The position numbers were made by a program, and so were the translations under genes. From Bacillota bacterium (lineage in GTDB: Bacteria > Bacillota > Clostridia > Oscillospirales > Ruminococcaceae), in NCBI GenBank assembly GCA_023412215.1, contig JAEYNX010000016.1:15101-79100 (forward strand): a stretch of DNA of 64,000 nucleotides, in the 5' to 3' direction. Of this stretch, positions 61,885 to 64,000 are shown piece by piece (within the stretch, counting starts at the first letter, position 1; every line of letters starts with the position of its first letter). The notes under the pieces are model-generated. The model was not told the DNA's origin. It made no database searches and worked only from the letters and a program-made list of their open reading frames with translations.

Positions 61885-62877
61885 TTAGATGGAAATCTGG
61901 TGTGCTACTTCATAGGCGTGCATATCAATGCCCTTTTTCATCTGCAGGGCTTCATAGATATCAAGGTCAACAATCTTGTTATCACGCATTACCACAACAC
62001 GGTTGCCGACGCCCTTATTGAGAAGCTTAACGGCATAGTTGCCCATCATGCTGGCGTTCACGCGGTCTTCAACAGTCGGTGACCCGCCGCGCTGAACGTG
62101 ACCGAGAACGGTTGCACGGGTTTCAATGCCCGTTTCGGTTTGAATGCGCTTTGCAAGGTCGTCAATGCTGGGGTTATTATCCGCAACCACGCCCTCGGCA
62201 ACCACAATAATAAAATGCTGCTTGCCGGTTTTGCGCGTTTTCATCATGCGGTCGTAGATGTCGCGTTTAAAGTCAAACGGAACCTCAGGAACGAGGATAG
62301 TCGTCGCGCCGCAGGCAATGCCTGTGTTAAGCGCGATGTGACCTGCGTGCCTGCCCATTACCTCCACCACACTGCAACGATCGTGGGACTGCGTGGTGTC
62401 GCGCAGCCTGTCCACCATCTGCATGGCGGTGTTCATGGCGGTATCGTACCCGATGGTGTAATCGGAAGAGGCGATATCGTTATCGATGGTTCCGGGAAGC
62501 CCCACGCAAGGAACACCCAGCAGCGAAAGGTCGCGGGCACCTCTGAAGGAGCCGTCGCCGCCGATTACCACAATACCGTCAAGCCCGGCAGCGATGCAGG
62601 TATTCTTAGCCTTTTCAAGGCCGGCCTGCTCGCGGAACTCGGGGCAGCGCGCGGTGTAAAGGATAGTGCCGCCGCGGTGGATAATATCCGACACACTTCT
62701 AAGATTCATCTCTACCATGTCGCCGGAGATAAGCCCGTTATAGCCATGACGTATGCCAAGCACACGCATTCCTAAATGCAGGCCGCTTCTTACAACGGAG
62801 CGCACGGTAGCATTCATGCCCGGTGCATCGCCGCCGCTTGTAAGAACGCCGATTGTTTTTACTGAATCACTCATCAT
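61885..62877 (-). CDS. pfkA: 6-phosphofructokinase
   Basis: TSGGDAPGMN, GGDGS, TIDND, EVMGR, LGHVQRGG. Confidence 0.97.
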   Translation of the reverse strand: MMSDSVKTIGVLTSGGDAPGMNATVRSVVRSGLHLGMRVLGIRHGYNGLISGDMVEMNLRSVSDIIHRGGTILYTARCPEFREQAGLEKAKNTCIAAGLDGIVVIGGDGSFRGARDLSLLGVPCVGLPGTIDNDIASSDYTIGYDTAMNTAMQMVDRLRDTTQSHDRCSVVEVMGRHAGHIALNTGIACGATTILVPEVPFDFKRDIYDRMMKTRKTGKQHFIIVVAEGVVADNNPSIDDLAKRIQTETGIETRATVLGHVQRGGSPTVEDRVNASMMGNYAVKLLNKGVGNRVVVMRDNKIVDLDIYEALQMKKGIDMHAYEVAHQISI

Positions 62878-63026
62878 AGTTCCCCCTTGAGGATGGTCGT
62901 TAATTCCTTTTCCCGCTTTGCGGAAAATTTAACAACTAATCATATCTTTCTGATTATAATACATACATCGGCTTTTTTCAATATTCTTAGCCTGCTCAAA
63001 CAACGTAAAGCGCAATTTTATTGCCG

Positions 63027-64000
63027 TTACTCCCTTAAAACAACGTTTTCCTCCCCTAAAATACGCTTTAGTTCACCAAGCATTACGGGGTGCGGGGTCG
63101 TACACAGCGCGTTAGGCGCCTTGGTAAGCTCTTTATCCTGCGTGAAATACACATAAACCACCGTTGAACCGTTAAAGTACTCCAGAATATTCTGTACCTT
63201 TTTTAGCCGTTCATCCTGCCTGGAGGCAAGCTTTAAAAACAGCCCCTCACGGGTCTTCTTTTCGGGCGCTGAAACCGGACGCTCCGAAGCCGTGGTTGCG
63301 GCAGCCGCCTGCTCGACAGATTCTATATTTTCGCACACAATCTTCGGTTCTTCCTCCTCACGCAGCGAAACCCTGCCGGTAATGACCGCGGTTGAGCCCA
63401 CATTCACCAGCTTTGCCGTATCGGCCAGCAGCTTGGGGAACACAATGGCCTCCAGCGAGGCGGTTGTATCCTCAATATCAATAAAAGCCATTGTGTCGTT
63501 GGATTTTGTAGTTTTCAACTTTTTGGAGGTGACGATGCAGAGCAGCTTGACGATATCCCGGTCTTTAAACCGCCCGGTTTCCTCCTTTTGGCTCGCGATA
63601 ATCTCGGCGAGGTTTACCGTGCCAAGCTTCTCGGCGGCATCCTTATAGTCATTGAGCGGGTGCCCTGAAATGAACAGCCCGATGGTCTCTTTCTCGTAGC
63701 GCAGGAGTTCCCCTAAGGTAAACTCATCGGTCTCCGGCATCTTCGGCTCGCTTTTTGCAATGGGGTTGTTCTGCGCAAAAAGGTCGATCTGCCCCTCGAT
63801 CATATCGCGGTTTCGGGAACCGATGGCGGTGAGGATAGACTCGCTGTTAAGCCAAAGCTGCTTGCGCTTGTAGCCAAGCGAATCAAACGCCCCCGCCTTG
63901 ATGAGGCTCTCCAGCCCGCGCTTGTTTAAGTCGGAGCCCTGCATCCGCTCGCAGAAGGAATAAAACGAGGTAAAGGCACCGTTTTTACGCTCGGCAATCA
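63027..64000 (-). CDS. dnaE: DNA polymerase III alpha subunit, C-terminal part (5' end outside window)
   Basis: LIKAGAFD, EKE..G..ISGHPL, OB-fold MAF...ED; upstream of pfkA. Confidence 0.93.
   Translation of the reverse strand, partial: IAERKNGAFTSFYSFCERMQGSDLNKRGLESLIKAGAFDSLGYKRKQLWLNSESILTAIGSRNRDMIEGQIDLFAQNNPIAKSEPKMPETDEFTLGELLRYEKETIGLFISGHPLNDYKDAAEKLGTVNLAEIIASQKEETGRFKDRDIVKLLCIVTSKKLKTTKSNDTMAFIDIEDTTASLEAIVFPKLLADTAKLVNVGSTAVITGRVSLREEEEPKIVCENIESVEQAAAATTASERPVSAPEKKTREGLFLKLASRQDERLKKVQNILEYFNGSTVVYVYFTQDKELTKAPNALCTTPHPVMLGELKRILGEENVVLRE

Overview
This is a core chromosomal segment of an endospore-forming Clostridia-type Firmicute. The taxonomic placement is inferred from the SCIFF locus, the spoIIIA operon, spoIIM, spoIVFA/B and yunB. 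All real genes in 1-9.75 kb are on the + strand: yajC, a membrane protein, the SCIFF ranthipeptide pair scfA-scfB, proC-spoIIM-xerD, PIN-PhoH, a second Xer-type recombinase and ArsR. All genes from 9.87 kb to 64 kb are on the - strand: tRNA-Val, hslO, lysA, the tig-clpP-clpX-lon-engB cluster, thrC, the rplS-lepB-lepB-rbgA-rnhB cluster, spoIIIAA-AH through nusB-xseAB-ispA-dxs-tlyA-nadK-argR-recN, secDF, purB, asnS, a radical SAM pair, spoIVFA/B, ligA-gatCAB, yunB, pfkA and dnaE. This convergence suggests the replication terminus. The non-routine signals are non-coding: (1) a family of 5-6 modular multi-hairpin miniature inverted-repeat elements (TACTAA...TTAGTA ends, TTA/TAA flanking duplications, covarying stems), three of them inside predicted 5' leaders; (2) two different dif-like 11-6-11 site candidates near the two Xer genes; (3) a probable ~44-kb terminus-spanning inversion separating scfB from secDF; (4) an IS3-type end remnant; (5) candidate structured leaders at purB, gatA and secD. 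Start codons were adjusted by eye using RBS position. No database searches were run.
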